Assembly: GCA_964304625.1 (NCBI GenBank)
Contig: OZ199839.1
Coordinates: 11,494,395-11,558,394 of the forward strand
Source of the DNA: Kudoa neothunni
Lineage: Eukaryota > Animalia > Cnidaria
DNA: 64,000 nt
Reading direction: 5' to 3'
In this document: piece by piece, positions 14,088-27,469 of the stretch
How the letters are laid out: the number at the start of each line of letters is the position of its first letter
Numbering within the stretch: position 1 is the first letter of the stretch
Program-made: the position numbers and the translations under genes
The notes under the pieces: model-generated
Databases searched by the model: none
Told to the model about the DNA's origin: nothing
What the model saw: the letters and a program-made list of their open reading frames with translations, nothing else

Positions 14088-14805
14088 CAGTAGGTAACCG
14101 ATAACACCGAATACCCTCAGGACCATCAAAAAAGTGCGTATTATGTATTATCTATTATCGGTTGGAAGTTGCAAGCGGCAATGATTATTACGCACTATGA
14201 TGCGTGCACGGTTAATTTTTTCATATTTTTTCCTCATGAATGTACACTTTTTATTAAAATAGAATAACAAAAAAACATTATTAAAAGTTTTTGGCTTGAA
14301 AATACTTTGTGATTTTGGTTATAGTCGTATTTATTGATAAAATATTTATATTTGTTTGCACTGAGATAAAATTTAATGATCTTATAGTTATAAAAAATTA
14401 TAAGTAATATTTTGTTTCTTATTCATTTTTCAGAGTGATATGAAAAATATTTTTATATTTTTTACACTAAAATCATTATTTATGTGCATCTATAACATTC
14501 TTTAATTAACAACCAATATAGTCTTACAATAAGATTATTCTATTTGTTCAAAAATTCAACCATCGGAATTAAAATTTTTCCTTCGCTTCCAATAAAAACA
14601 ATTTAATCTACTTGGTTTGACCAAAATAGTACGTATTATCGGATAGTCACGTGATATAACGGATTGGTAATTTACTAGTTTAATTCAGATATATTTTTAA
14701 GACTTTTATTTTTTTACAATTACAAAAATTTTAAAAAACTTTTCACACAATATAAACTTAGAATACGTCGTATCGATGTAAGTGCGTATTAGCGGTTGCC
14801 GACTA
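14088..14805. mobile_element. Degenerate pogo/Tigger-like MITE
   Basis: TA|CAGTAGGTAACCGATAACAC matches the reverse complement of the right end, TA|TAGTCGGCAACCGCTAATAC, at about 75%. TA flanks on both sides. Confidence 0.55.
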
Positions 14806-17800
14806 TAATTAGCTCATATATAAAGTTTCTCTAATTATTCATATTAATTTGATATTTTATTCTATATGACTCATTATAATAATTTATTTAGATTATTCCA
14901 CGTATCAATAGATTTCAAGTAGGAGTTGCCATAATTTTTGGAGATAAATTGTCATAACACTTTTTTCAAATTTAAAAATATCACTTATACATGATTTTGC
15001 TTGCTACAAAATATATTCTTATGTAATACGAAATTTTCAAAAATTATCATCATAGGTTGAAACATAAATGTTTAATGGCCAAATACAGATTCACATATAT
15101 TTAATGATTTTTTGACGTACAAATATTTGCATAAACGGATAAAAATATGATAGAAAATAAAATGAGTTCTCCGTAAATTATTTACATATTTTTTTTCTAC
15201 TACTTACCTACTAATGATATAAACGCTACGATGAGATTTAATAAAAAATAATTATTATTTAATTCTTCGTATTAATTTTATTTTATTATTATAAAAAAAA
15301 CTCAAAAACATTATTAAAAAAGAAAACGAATGTTTTGATGTTTTTAAATGGTACTATTGTAAACTAGCGCTAATGCCCAGCTTTGTCTGACATTATGCGA
15401 TGGAAAATGTTAACTTTTAGTTTTATTTTTCTATTGTAATTGTTGCATTTTAAAGCTTGTCATTATTTTTACAATGCGATGATTTAGAAAAACAAAATTA
15501 TGCGCGCATTTTCCATTCAAATGTAAATAGAGGTATTGAGAGAAATTAATGAGTATTTTTTAGTTTATTTTACTAATTAATGACCAAAAATATAATGCCC
15601 TTAGTTTTATGATAAATTTAATTAACGATTAAAGTTCATTTATGCACTAAACAAAACCATTAAATAACTTAAATAGGACTTTCAGTTCTTTTCAAAATCT
15701 TACGAAAAAAATTAATCCTTCTAGTAATAAAATTTATTATTAGTCTACAAACGATAAAAAAATAAAATCGACCTAAGGCGCGTCAGAAATAAAAATATTA
15801 ATTGTTACTCCTTTATTTCAATTTTATAAATGATGTTTTAAAAAGCTATGAGTGGTAACTTACGTATTCATTATTTTAACAAAATTTCCCAATTTTTAAA
15901 TAAATTAAAACTTTCTTTTTGACAAAAATTTATAAATTAAATTATCAAAATACGATTAAATCTAAAATGTAACAGTGTTCTTGGTTTAAAGAATTCCAAT
16001 AATGGTTAAATATCAACTGGTTTTCTCGAAGGAGTGCACCCTTTTAAAAACAAACGTACTGTTTGATTGTCCCCAAAAATTTATTTGTATTCGTCTATTT
16101 TTAGTTTAACGAAAACCCTGTGAAAATATCGGCCAGATCGAATAGACCAATAATTTCTTATTAACTTACATGACACGTATTGAGAGGGGACTGTATTTTA
16201 TGCATAGGTAATCGTGAATATAAATTCTTAAACTAAGTATAGAATGAGGTGTCGCATATTTTCTTGCAGCTTTTATATGGTAATAAATTAGTTTTAGCGA
16301 AAAGGAAATTATATATTGATTTGAATATTAACCTTAAAGTATGGGGGGGAGGAATGATTCGGTTACTAAGAACTTAAACATTATTTTAAAAAATTTCTCA
16401 TAAAATATAGAAACTTATCGAGTTAGTTATGCCGGTTATTTTTCAAGAAAGTTTAGGGAAAACCAAAAAATGAGTAAAAATTTATTGAAATAACGAATAT
16501 AATTTCGATTTCAACCAATATATATATATATATATAACAAAAAGAAATTTTCATTGAAGAAGTTATCATAAAAATTTAATTATTCGAAAACTTGACAGAC
16601 ATATTGTTTTTAGAATGCATATAGAAACCCAAATTATTCCAATGTGGCAACAACTTATAGTCTCAAATTATGTGTTATATTTAAAATAATCATAATCTTA
16701 TTCGTTTAACTATATCCATAACACTTTGAAGAATAATCTATATTTTATAAAAATGTAATATACTACAAATTTTAAGAGAAATGCAAGAACTCTGGTAAAT
16801 GTAACGTTAATAGTTTTAATTGTCTTAAAATTAATCCAAACAACATATGTAGCATTTTTGAAACATTCTATATCAAAATCTTTGTATATAGTGAGTGAAA
16901 GTTTATTCTAATTGATTATCGCTCCGTAGTAAACAAACATCAATATTATGTAGGTACATTTTAATCTGCTATTTGAGTAAACAACCAGAAAATTCCTCAC
17001 TTCTGGCTGGAATATTGATCATATTTGTACATCCAAGTAAATAAACGATTTTTAATAATGTTATCATCTATTCAAACGCGAACAAAAAGCTATATTTCAA
17101 AAAAGTTTCTCTATTGCACATGCGTACTGCTGCAAACACACACACTGACAAACATAAGAACTTTATATATATAGATTGAAACAACAATATCCAAATGTAC
17201 AAATATCATTTCCAAATTGTTAATATTAAATTAAATAAACATTTGTTTGATTAAATACTAAAATTATATTTTTTTTAATATTTTATACAAATTTTGAGGT
17301 TTGAAAATAATTAGTGGAATTCTAAAACATATACATTCACATATTACAAAAGTATTTATAACTATTTTAAGTACTATTTAATGTCAATTTTCGGTCGTAT
17401 ATTTAGGAATCAACTAATTTACCTTACTAATATTTTTTTAGATTTGAACAATGATTTCTTATCTTAACAATTCGTATCATTAGAATAGAAAAAATGTGGT
17501 TTTAAAGAATCTTTGGTAAATATTCTTTATCAATTGTTATATATAGCTTAAATTATTAAATGTAAAAATTTCAAAAAAATATTATTTTTTAATAATAATT
17601 TTTAGTTTCTAAAATTATTATAAAATTTTAATGGTGTAATGTAAATTATTATAAATTTTAAAAATATGTTTATATTTATCACTAATAATTATTAAAAATA
17701 TAGTTTTAATTGTTTTTCGAGTGAAACTATGAAAAATGATTCCAACATTAATTTAAATGACCCTATAAAGTATGCGTTAAATAGGGAGAATCCAAAAAAA

Positions 17801-19895
17801 GCTCCCTCTAAAAATTACACCGCTTGCTATATTTTAGAGATGCAGAACGGTTGAATTATTACTACCAGTGATTGATATAATAACTCAAATTATAAACTAG
17901 AAATTCATATTGATAGTAGATTATTTCAAAAACAAATTTTTACTCCTTTATTTAAGGATAATATTTAAACTTCATTTATTATCGCGTACGCATCGAAATT
18001 GCGCTTATTTTTCCGAGTCCCACTAAAAATTGCACAATAACCATTTAAATGTATTTCTCAATATAAAGAATTCTTATAAATGTTAAATACGAATTTTAAA
18101 TCAAACATATTCTTGATTATCCAAATTATATTATGCTACAGAATTAATTTTATTACATTTTTACGTATTTTAATAATTCTGCTATACATCTTTGATTCAA
18201 TAATATAAAATATATTATGTTGAATAAGCACGACATATAATAAATAAAAATTATGTATATATATTAATATGACTTTAAATAAAAATGATACAAAAACTAC
18301 AGAGTTTTCACTTTTTAACATTAAAAATTACTTGAAAATATTTCATAAAGATTTTCAAACTTAAGGATGATCGATACAATATTATTTTAGAACTGCTTAA
18401 TTACTAAAATAGTGGCAGATAATTATAATCATTAACTATTTTAAAACACTTTTAAATTCTATTCATTATATTTATTCTAAGTTTGATTTTGCCTAATATT
18501 GGTGATTTTAAGTCGATTTGTTGCTTATTACAGTTATCTTGTCTATGGGTACGATTGTCGATTATAGTTCGTTATATGAGAAACTTGTATAATTTGTGAT
18601 ACGTTTTGTTATTTCGTTAAGCATGCCACAAATTGGATTAACGTTATTTTTGTTCAATTTAGGTATCATTAATTGACAGTAAGATATAAAAAAATTTTAG
18701 TAAATAATTCAAATCTAAATTAACTTATTTTTTTGTAAAGATATGGATAAATTTTATAACAAAATCCTCAAATAACGCATAGCGAACTGATTCAAACTAG
18801 ACAAAAATCATTCTTCCATAAATTTTTTTTTATTTATTCCAATTTTTTTATCATTAATTAAATATCACCTCATTTTGAAACAGATATTAGAAGGCAACGT
18901 GATTTTAGTTGATAAGAACCGTTTTATTACAAAGTTGATTAGAATATATTTTCCCAATTAAATATTAAACAAAAATGTTCAATAAAATAATATAAATTAA
19001 TTTGACGTCAAAACTAAACTAATTATTTAGAAAAAATAGATTAATTTTGACATATTAATAAGAATTCGTTCCAACCGTCTTTTTAGAATCACTAATTATC
19101 AAATATAGTTTTTATTTATACTCATAGATCAAGAATAATATTAATATTTTCTTATAACTAATTATTTTTTATTTTAAGCGACATTCATGCATAAAATCTC
19201 TTATAACTAAAGATGAATACGTTAATTTGTTAACTGACAATTTATTGGAAAAAACAATTCGTAATCTGAGTTAAAAGGTAGAATCGTCACCGTAATCCAA
19301 TTCAGCGACCACGATAAAATTCTTACCTGTTGATTATTTTAATTTTTTGTATTTATCATTGTTTCATCACCAATTGCTTATTTTCGTCACTGTATTTGTT
19401 ATCAATAATAGTTGCTGTAATCGATCGTATAAATAACTGCTAGTCCCTCGCAGTTATTTCCGTAGGCCATACCATTTTATCGACCCAGTAAAGCATGCTT
19501 AATTTATCATAAAATTTGAGTGCGACAACCATGATTTTTTATCGATTGTCTATTATTAATTTTATGTCTACAAGAATAAGAAATTTATATTTTCTGCAAA
19601 CATTCACTGATTAATTGTAGTAGTTGTATTAATTTAATGCAAAAAAAATTTTGTTTGATGAAACCCCGTCATTCCTATCATTAAATGTTTAACTAATCTC
19701 ACCCTAATTTAATTTAAAAATTTAGTAATAATGTAAGAACTAATTGTAATCTCTAATTGGAAAATGCAGTCATTATTCTACATTTTAACCGTAATCGTTA
19801 TTTAGGAATATTTATATTATGCCATATTTATTAAGACCGAAATAACTTCAATTATTTAAAAACTCGAATAGGAATCAATTAGCTATACTTTAAGT

Positions 19896-20449
19896 CAGGG
19901 GTCGGAAACCTTTTTTGGTGAGACAGCCACCTGACATATTTTAAGACTAAAAATAGAAGTATCTCTGCGCGTTTTATATAATTCCAACACTTCAATGTAA
20001 AACAAGTCAGTAAATTCTTTTTAATATCTTTTTTACACTATTGTCAATCAACGAAGAATATTTCTCCTCATCAATATGACTTTGGGTTCTGCATGCGTTT
20101 GCAGATAGCTTTATAGTCTGGTCGATATGTGGTAAAATTAGACTACATTCAAGTATTGAAACTTCTATTCGTTAAACATCACTGTAGTTTGGTCATAATG
20201 TCTTTTAAATGTAGGAGGGTTGCTCACATACATACATACATACATCATACATACATCATACATACATACATACATACATACATACGTAGAGACTAACATT
20301 GTCATTACAGCAAAACTCGGACGTTTCAATGTATGATACAGTAAATAACTGAATCATACACTGTAATCGTTTCGCATATGCATAAAGGATTTAGCGAAAC
20401 AGTTTTTAAATTGCAAATTTGTCTACGAGCCATAGGCTCCCGACCTCTG
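19896..20449 (-). mobile_element. hAT (Charlie/SPIN-like) deletion derivative
   Basis: TIRs CAGGGGTCGGAAACCT / AGGCTCCCGACCTCTG. 8-bp TSD CTTTAAGT/CTTTAATT (7 of 8). Minus-strand remnant STYVCEQ..LKDIM..LT..YRPDYKAICKRMQNPKSY* resembles the hAT C-terminal dimerisation region. Confidence 0.85.
20227..20285. repeat. (CATA)n microsatellite
   Basis: About 14 imperfect CATA units inside the hAT remnant. Confidence 0.9.
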
Positions 20450-20699
20450 CTTTAATTTGTAATGCCTTTCATGGTTAACTCAAAATTATTTTTAATCTGA
20501 CGGTATTTTCAACCTCATTAGCTCTATTATTTAACTCGTTATCTATCTTTTTATGTTTCTAATAATAACTATGATGCTAGTTATGCTTCCTAACATAATT
20601 GAACAGATGAACCATACTTAAATGGTAATATAAAAATATATATTAATATAGATACAAACAAATGAATACCTCTTTTCAAGTATATAATTATTAAATAGG

Positions 20700-21153
20700 T
20701 TTTAGTTGGAAGGCTCGCATTTATTCCATCATATTATACCACTATAAATGGTACAATGCTCAGAGATAAAGGTTTTTGTCACTGGTTTGCTAATTACTGG
20801 GGATTAAAGACGATAAGGGTAGTTAAGGTTTAGTAGGAATCGTTTGTGTACAGTAATGGACGAAGATGTAAATGAGAATTCTATCTTGTGTGTTGATCTA
20901 CATGCTATCATACAATATTGTCTCGATACCCCCGACTATTTCATCAACACTGACCCCAATGTAAATCTTTACATCAAAGGGAACAACAAACAAAAGTATT
21001 CGCCATTTGACCCATCTCTACATTCTAACTAACCAAAAACCTTTACATTAGTAAATGTAAAAAGATCATACACAAAATTAAGAGTGTCAGAAAATCTAAA
21101 ACGTGAATATCCCCAAAACCACGGCGTCAGCATCGAACCAGCCACAATATAAA
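20700..21153 (+). CDS. Possible small multi-exon gene of unknown function, convergent with TAF11
   Basis: Exon-like open stretches (VLVGRLAFIPSYY..WFANYWGLKTIR; ..SYTKLRVSENLKREYPQNHGVSIEPATI*). I could not build one consistent model and recognised no family. Confidence 0.25.
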
Positions 21154-21230
21154 CACATTCACATAATGTGTATAAACGCACACACAAAATTTAAATGGAC
21201 ATTTTAATATTATATTGCTAAAAAAATTCT

Positions 21231-21684
21231 CTATTTTAGTTTATTTAACGGTTTGAATTTATTCGGCGTTGACTGTTTGGAGTAGATTTGTGCAGCGGCT
21301 CTCACATGTTGCGGTTCAAGTGGCCCCTTATCGCCCAACTCGTGTTTTATTTGGTAGGCTATATTAACAACACATTGAAACATTCATCATCACATCATCA
21401 TGTCGTACCAATTTCTAGCAATTGGCACAAATGCATTTTAACCAAACCACTCATTACAATAACTGAATTCTGCCCAAACACAGCTTTATCGCCCGATTGA
21501 GACATTAGCTATATGATTATTTAATGAAAATCTATTTGAAATATAAATTAAACTTTTCCAATTGTTCTCTTAGAAAAAAGAGCTGTTCGAAAGGTCTCGT
21601 AGCGCTCCAAACTATCTATTTTAAATTTTGACCAAAAATTAATTAATTTTCAAATTTTAGCATAAAAATACCTCTTTTCTCCAT
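21231..21684 (-). CDS. TAF11: TFIID subunit TAF11 (histone fold only, about 100 aa, 4 exons)
   Basis: Spliced: MEKRDSLERYETFRTALFSKRTIGKLMSQSG..QNSVIVMSGLVKMHLCQLLEIA..GPLEPQHVRAAA..LK*. This matches the TAF11 pattern RYE-x-x-R..F-x-K..QN-x-VI-x-MSG-x-x-K..PL-x-P-x-H-x-R-x-A. Confidence 0.9.
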
Positions 21685-21823
21685 AAAAATTGTTTATAAA
21701 TTTTTGTGGATGATGTAGGTAGAGTGATAAGCGATCAAACTCTCAATGGTATCCAATGCGCATGCTCACATCAAAAATAAATAATCTCAGAAATAAAACT
21801 TCCACTACTTTTAGACTCTGAAA
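21685..21823. promoter_or_regulatory. Probable 139-bp bidirectional promoter between TAF11 and GCC2
   Basis: The predicted start codons diverge at 21684 (-) and 21824 (+). The gap contains TGCGCATGCT at 21757-21766. Confidence 0.6.
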
Positions 21824-24800
21824 ATGACTACTTGTGATACAATGGATCCCAGAGATACCAAGCTAGCGCAAGAAAGTTGTTTCAATCAATTGATTAGTAC
21901 GAAAAACACAATTGAAGGTGTTTTCTTTGGTTAGACCAGATTTATTTTTAATTACTACCAATTAAGAAATATTCAAGTCAATCGAAAATATTAATAAACA
22001 AGTAAGAAACTTATTATAATCTTATTTAAAATTATAATAAAGGATTGTGATGGAAAACATCAACTGGAATGTTTAGCCGAAAAAATAACTACATTAAATA
22101 CCAAAATAACCGTAATTATCATAAAAATATTAAGAAAAATATCATTTTATTAATTTAGAATTTGGAAATTATGCACGAAAATAACGATCAAAGAAAGTCA
22201 ATTTTTTTTGATAGTTAAAATTGATCGTACCAATTTTTTAATGGATAAATAGGGAGGAGGATTTATCGGTTGATTTGATTATGCAGTTGGAAGTTGATAT
22301 CTCGAATCAGGAGGACCTACTGCAGGAATGTGAAATCAATCAAGCGAACATCGATTATGCAGCCTCCTCAAATTCTAACGGGGAAGAAGAATCAAAATTG
22401 AGTCGGATGGGTTAGTTTACGTATGAAAAGAAATATTATAATTTATCATAGTGAATCCATGCCTGGTTGAGGAATGTCAAGGTTTGATTGGACAATTACA
22501 GGAAGTAAGATTGTGTTGGACAGCCGCACATTTAAATATCTTCCAATAGTATTGCACAATAAATAAAGCGTTAATGCTTAATAAGGTAGAGTTGCAATCA
22601 CAATATGATGCTTTTTTGGAAGAGCATAGTAGCTTGATTGATTAAATTTAGAATTGGTTGTTCTGATATGTTTTTGTTTTAACGTAGATGCGTTGAAGGT
22701 AAAATTTGAAAAACTCAAACAACTCACGATAAAAAGCAGACAGGAGGAAAGGATGGCTAAGGAAAGGACCCATTCTGAAGTATTGATTTATGATTGTGTC
22801 TATTTTGCCGGATGCGCTTTTTGTCCTAAAATAATAATGATTCAAGCGTTACCAATTTTTTCCAAAATTGTCTCCTAAAAGTGAATAGGCCAAATAATTA
22901 TGCTACACCTTGGTTTCATTTGGATTTTATTGATAAAAATTATTAATTACGTTAATGTACTTCCCAGAATTAATGAAACTAAATTTATATTCTGCATTTA
23001 TAAAATTCTTACAATAAGATAAATATTCACAGGAAAAGATATATACAACATTAAAATTTAATAAAATATTGAATATTCAACTTTTTAAATTGTAAATAAT
23101 TAATATTGTGTAACTTCACATAAAATTATTTTTGAATAATATATATCGGTATTAATGTTATATTACTATTATTAGTATCATCATAATAATAAAAAAAAAT
23201 TTGTCGCTAAAATCTCCAACAGTTAGCAATACATCTTTGGGTCCACCTCTCACCTTCATTACTGTCGGCAACTTTATTCCTATAATTTCGTGAATCTCGC
23301 AACATGGATAAAATTCACATAACCATCAAAGATGGATATTTAACTGTAGAATCATTCACAATATCTGAGATTCCCATATCAGTTATTTTTTATGTGTTAT
23401 TGTCTCGAACTGCTTCTCGTATATCCACCCTCTTCGTTGATGACTGCTCAGTAACGAAATGTACAATAAAAGTTTTATTAAAGGCACTCTCGTCACATTT
23501 TGGATCTGAAATTTCTGGATTGTTGCTGATAATAAATTAAGTTGATATATGAAAAGTGGAAAAAATGAGCTGCCTTATCCATAGAATCCTCGTTGAAAAT
23601 AAGTGAGATTAATCCATCCCAAATCTTTTTTTGTAAATCATATTGAGTCTCCGTTTGTTCAGACATCAGTGATGCTATTTTTTGCAAAAAATTTAAGCTT
23701 CAAATATCGACGAAATGTAGAATTCGGAGAAGATCATTGACTCGAAATTTATGTAATAACTGGCAGCACATTACACAAATGATTCTGAATATGAATATTT
23801 TTTGTCATTAAAATCAATATTCGTTTTCTTTCTAATAGAGTTAATATGTCTTCATGGTAACCTCGTGCTTATGTAGAAGGAACATGTGCAAATATTGAAA
23901 TAAGTTTCGATTTAATTATTTATTTCAACCTACATAATATTGTATGCATATGATGTTAATGATGTGTTATATCTTATGTTAAAGTCTGTGTATTATTTTT
24001 GAAGAATATCTGATTCAGTAACAAAAGTGTTTCTGCTTTGAGTACGTATTCATTGATGCTTTAACCTTCCCAAAATTCAAGGATGTATCGCCGACCTTTA
24101 CGTCTGGTATAATATCTTGAATGAGTAGTGTTGGATCAGGCACTCCTTCTATAATGATTAAACTCGGTAGTATCGACGTTACAGCTGCATTCTAAAGGTT
24201 ATTTTACTCGTTTATGGCGTTACACTACATAAAATTAGCTTTATTAGAGAATTATACACTGATTCATCGTAAAATTAAAGTATTTTGTATGGATACTTAT
24301 TCGAGAATTAAAAATATCGTCGATGCTTTTGGATGCCTAACTGTTAACTTAAAAAAGAAATGAAACTAAATTTATATTCTGCATTTATAAGATAATTTTT
24401 GGAATAAATGATAACCATTGAATTACCATTTTGGAGGGAAATCACACCCGGAAAAATAGACACTTTATTTATTCATTATTTTTCATAGGAATTCTCATTA
24501 TCAACAATTTTTTTTAGCGCGAAAGTTACGAACAATGTATCTCACAAACAAACCTAAAACTGACCAAATATACCGAACAAATACATCACCTCAAGACAAA
24601 CAACACTCAGCTGATTCAATTCATAGAGCAATTGGGAAGAGAAAGTGACTTTTGTTGATATACCAACAAATATAATTGAATATGTACAGATTGCGGAAGA
24701 GAAGCGAGCTCATAATGAGCAGTTGGAAACATTATCCGCTAATATTGCTATTAAAACTCAAGAGTTGGAAATGTCTCGTCAAGCTAATGAATTTTTAAAC

Positions 24801-26145
24801 GATGAGCATTTAAATTTGAAAGTACATTAGGTTGAGTTTGGTGTGGGATTTAATTTGGCTAGTTGACGTTGAAAACTATTCAACAACAGCAACAGCAACA
24901 ACAACAACAACAACAACAGTTGGATATTACGCAACATAATAAGTAATTTTAAAAGTTTAATTCGGTTTAATTCTTTGATATTCAGAAATCATTTGGAAGA
25001 ACACCGAGGAATAGAGCTTAGGTAGATGATGATTATCACTATGAATTGTATGAGTTAAAATATGTTGAAGTGAGAAGTTGAAGAGTCTCGAAAATGAGTT
25101 GGTTGATAAGAATTCAGAATTATTAAAAGTTAAGAGTGATTCCGATGAAAAATGTCAAGCTTACCAGGATGAGATTGAAAAACTCAAGTTAAAGTTGGAT
25201 TTTTTGAGTGGAGACATTTTTATGATTTTGAAATAACTAATAGCTTGTGCAAAATAAAAACTCAGCTTAAAAGTATCACCAAGGAGAATTTATCTTTGAA
25301 GAATGTGGTTGAAAGTTTAGAACGTCAACTTTCAAACTCTTCTTCTATTGAAAATAAATGCTTAAATTCAAATGAATCTGTCATTGTGGATGTGGTTTCT
25401 CCCACGAAAAAATCCGATTTCAACCTCAACACCATTCTCATTCATAAGAATGATAAAGATGAGAAAACCGAGGAGATTGCTGACCCTGTTAATGTTGAAT
25501 CTACTGTTGTATTATCGCATTCTCAATCACAATCACAATCTCAATCGATTGATGGTCGTTTTATTTAATTTTCGTTGAGATATATATTTTTTTAGTTGAA
25601 GTCGAGTCAAGAGATTATATGGAAGTACTTTTATGGTTGAGAGAGAGACAAACGTTTAAATGCTTATTCTATTTGTGCTAGATTTTGGCTCAAAGCGAGA
25701 ACACTTCGACACTGCTTCAACAACAAATCGTTGTACTTCAGAGGGAAATACGAAGGTTTAATATAATTGGAGAGATTTCATATGTATAATCTAATTTGAA
25801 TTGTCTCAGACTCGAGAATAATCAAATTCGCGGCGAATCAATAAAAAACATGGAATACTTAAAAGATATGATCTTAAAAGTTTGAGCTTTGATATTTTTA
25901 ATTTTTATTTATATTCGTCTTCATTGTTGTAGTTCATCAAAACTACACCCGACGATAAAAAATGTGTCGTTCCCATTCTCTCAAAAACTCTTGTGCTAAA
26001 CGAATCCGAAGTCGATGTTTTGAACAAATTTGCCGAAAGTATTTTTCCCAGAAGAAGCATACTTTAAATTTTATTATTTTTAGTGGAAATTCCATTCGGT
26101 TCCGATAATCAATCCTCTTGGTTCTCATACTTGAAACCTTGGTGA
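21824..26145 (+). CDS. GCC2: GRIP-domain golgin, GCC2/GCC185-like, about 590 aa, about 19 exons
   Basis: Coiled-coil exons include KFEKLKQLTIKSRQE. The C-terminus LQQQIVVLQREIRRLENNQIRGESIKNMEYLKDMILKFIK..VVPILSKTLVLNESE..SSWFSYLKPW* matches the GCC185 GRIP region and its W-x-SYL-x-x-W tail. One large intron (about 22780-24517) joins the two halves in phase 0; that join is inferred. Confidence 0.8.
22972..24390 (+). repeat. Exact 32-bp direct repeat pair (22972-23003 and 24359-24390)
   Basis: AATGAAACTAAATTTATATTCTGCATTTATAA occurs identically at both positions. Confidence 0.95.
23004..24358 (-). mobile_element. Mutator/MULE (SWIM-domain) transposase remnant inside the large GCC2 intron
   Basis: Minus-strand fragments: ICTCSFYISTRLP*RHI (SWIM zinc finger C-x-C..LPCRH, broken), LQKIASLMSE, and KLPTVMKVRGGPKDVLLTVG. 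Many stops and frameshifts. Bracketed by a 32-bp direct repeat. Confidence 0.65.
24881..24919 (+). repeat. CAA/CAG repeat encoding Q13 in a GCC2 exon
   Basis: In frame: LTLKTI-Q13-LDITQHN. Confidence 0.8.
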
Positions 26146-26628
26146 CCGATTATCATTTATACTATAAAATTGTGTTTTCTATTCACTATCTTATCATTAT
26201 TGCTTATTTATTTATCTGTTTTTATCTACCGGTTTCTTTGTTGTCAAAATCAGTAGTCAATTAATTCATTTACAACGCCTATTACTATTAAATGAATTAA
26301 AGATAATTATGTCGATAATTACGTTTTTATTTATAATAAAATTTATTAATTATAATAATAAATATAAATATTTAAATAAGTGTGGATCAATTAATGAATT
26401 ATTTAATATCTTATTTCACATTATCTTAATATGATATTTAATTAGCAATTTTTTTTATTTATCGATTTATTTTTGATATCAATTGAATGATAGAATAATT
26501 TTATCCATTTTCTAAGATATGATTTTTGTGTATTAGATGATAATTTATCTCGGACTGATAAACATTTTATATATATTGGAGGTGGATTGCATTGATTGAT
26601 AAAGTACAGAAATCGATTAATTCTGGAA

Positions 26629-27469
26629 ATGAGAATGTCAATGACTTCTATAAGTAATTTGGTGCAATTTTTTTGGATTATTTATATGCCGATAGTTTTC
26701 ATGTGTGCTATTGCTATCTGCACTTACACTGTGAGTGGCTCCAATTTTCTTAGAACGGTACATCTGTTTTATTTATGGTCGATTAATCGAAATTTAAGTT
26801 CAATCTCCAAAACCCAAGGACCTATGTTTATGCCGAACTTCTGAAAAATAATTATGATACTGTTTACACCGATATAGCCCAAAAAGCTTGTGGCTCCAAC
26901 CAGAGAGACGTATTAAATACGATAAAATCACGAATTAATAATTGAAAATCAATAATATCTTAGTGTGTGCTTATGTCAAGCCAAATGAGAAATGGTTTCA
27001 GTAATATTGTCAACACATTACTCAAACAAAATGATATTTGTGAGGAAGGTGTATGCATACAAGATCGAGGTATTACTTAAACAGTAAGTCGGTATTCGGG
27101 TTAATTAGACCAAAATTTATAGTGTTAAACGACGGAAAAATTCACGATTGCAATCTTTGCAAAGTTTTCACCTTATTTCGGATAAAAAATTATATGTTAA
27201 ATCTCTTAGGCAACTGTTGAATTTATAAAAAAATATCACAACCCCATATACAACCATCTGAATAATAAAACTACGATTATGTCGTTTTGCCCGGGTGACG
27301 CCCCACTTGTTAGAAGAATGATGGTTGGCTGATCATTTCTCTTGTCATACATTGACCCTCTATTTAGTGTAGTCTTAGTGTTAGAATGTTTGCAGTTTTC
27401 GTTGAACGAATGACTCGACAAGGCCAAGTGTTGGATAACGCTTGCAGTTCCATGCGTTTCTGCAATTAG
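26629..27469 (+). CDS. Secreted saposin-like protein (SAPLIP)
   Basis: Hand-spliced: signal-peptide-like MRMSMTSIIFMCAIAICTYTVSG. C-terminal CNLCKATVEFIKK..MSFCPGDAPLCSLSVRMF..NACSSMRFCN* has the six-Cys saposin-B spacing (C-x2-C..C..C..C-x5-C). A partial second repeat with three Cys precedes it. Confidence 0.75.

Noticed and set aside
23304-23540. 78-aa plus-strand ORF as a nested gene
   Set aside because: It is antisense to the MULE remnant, with no independent support.
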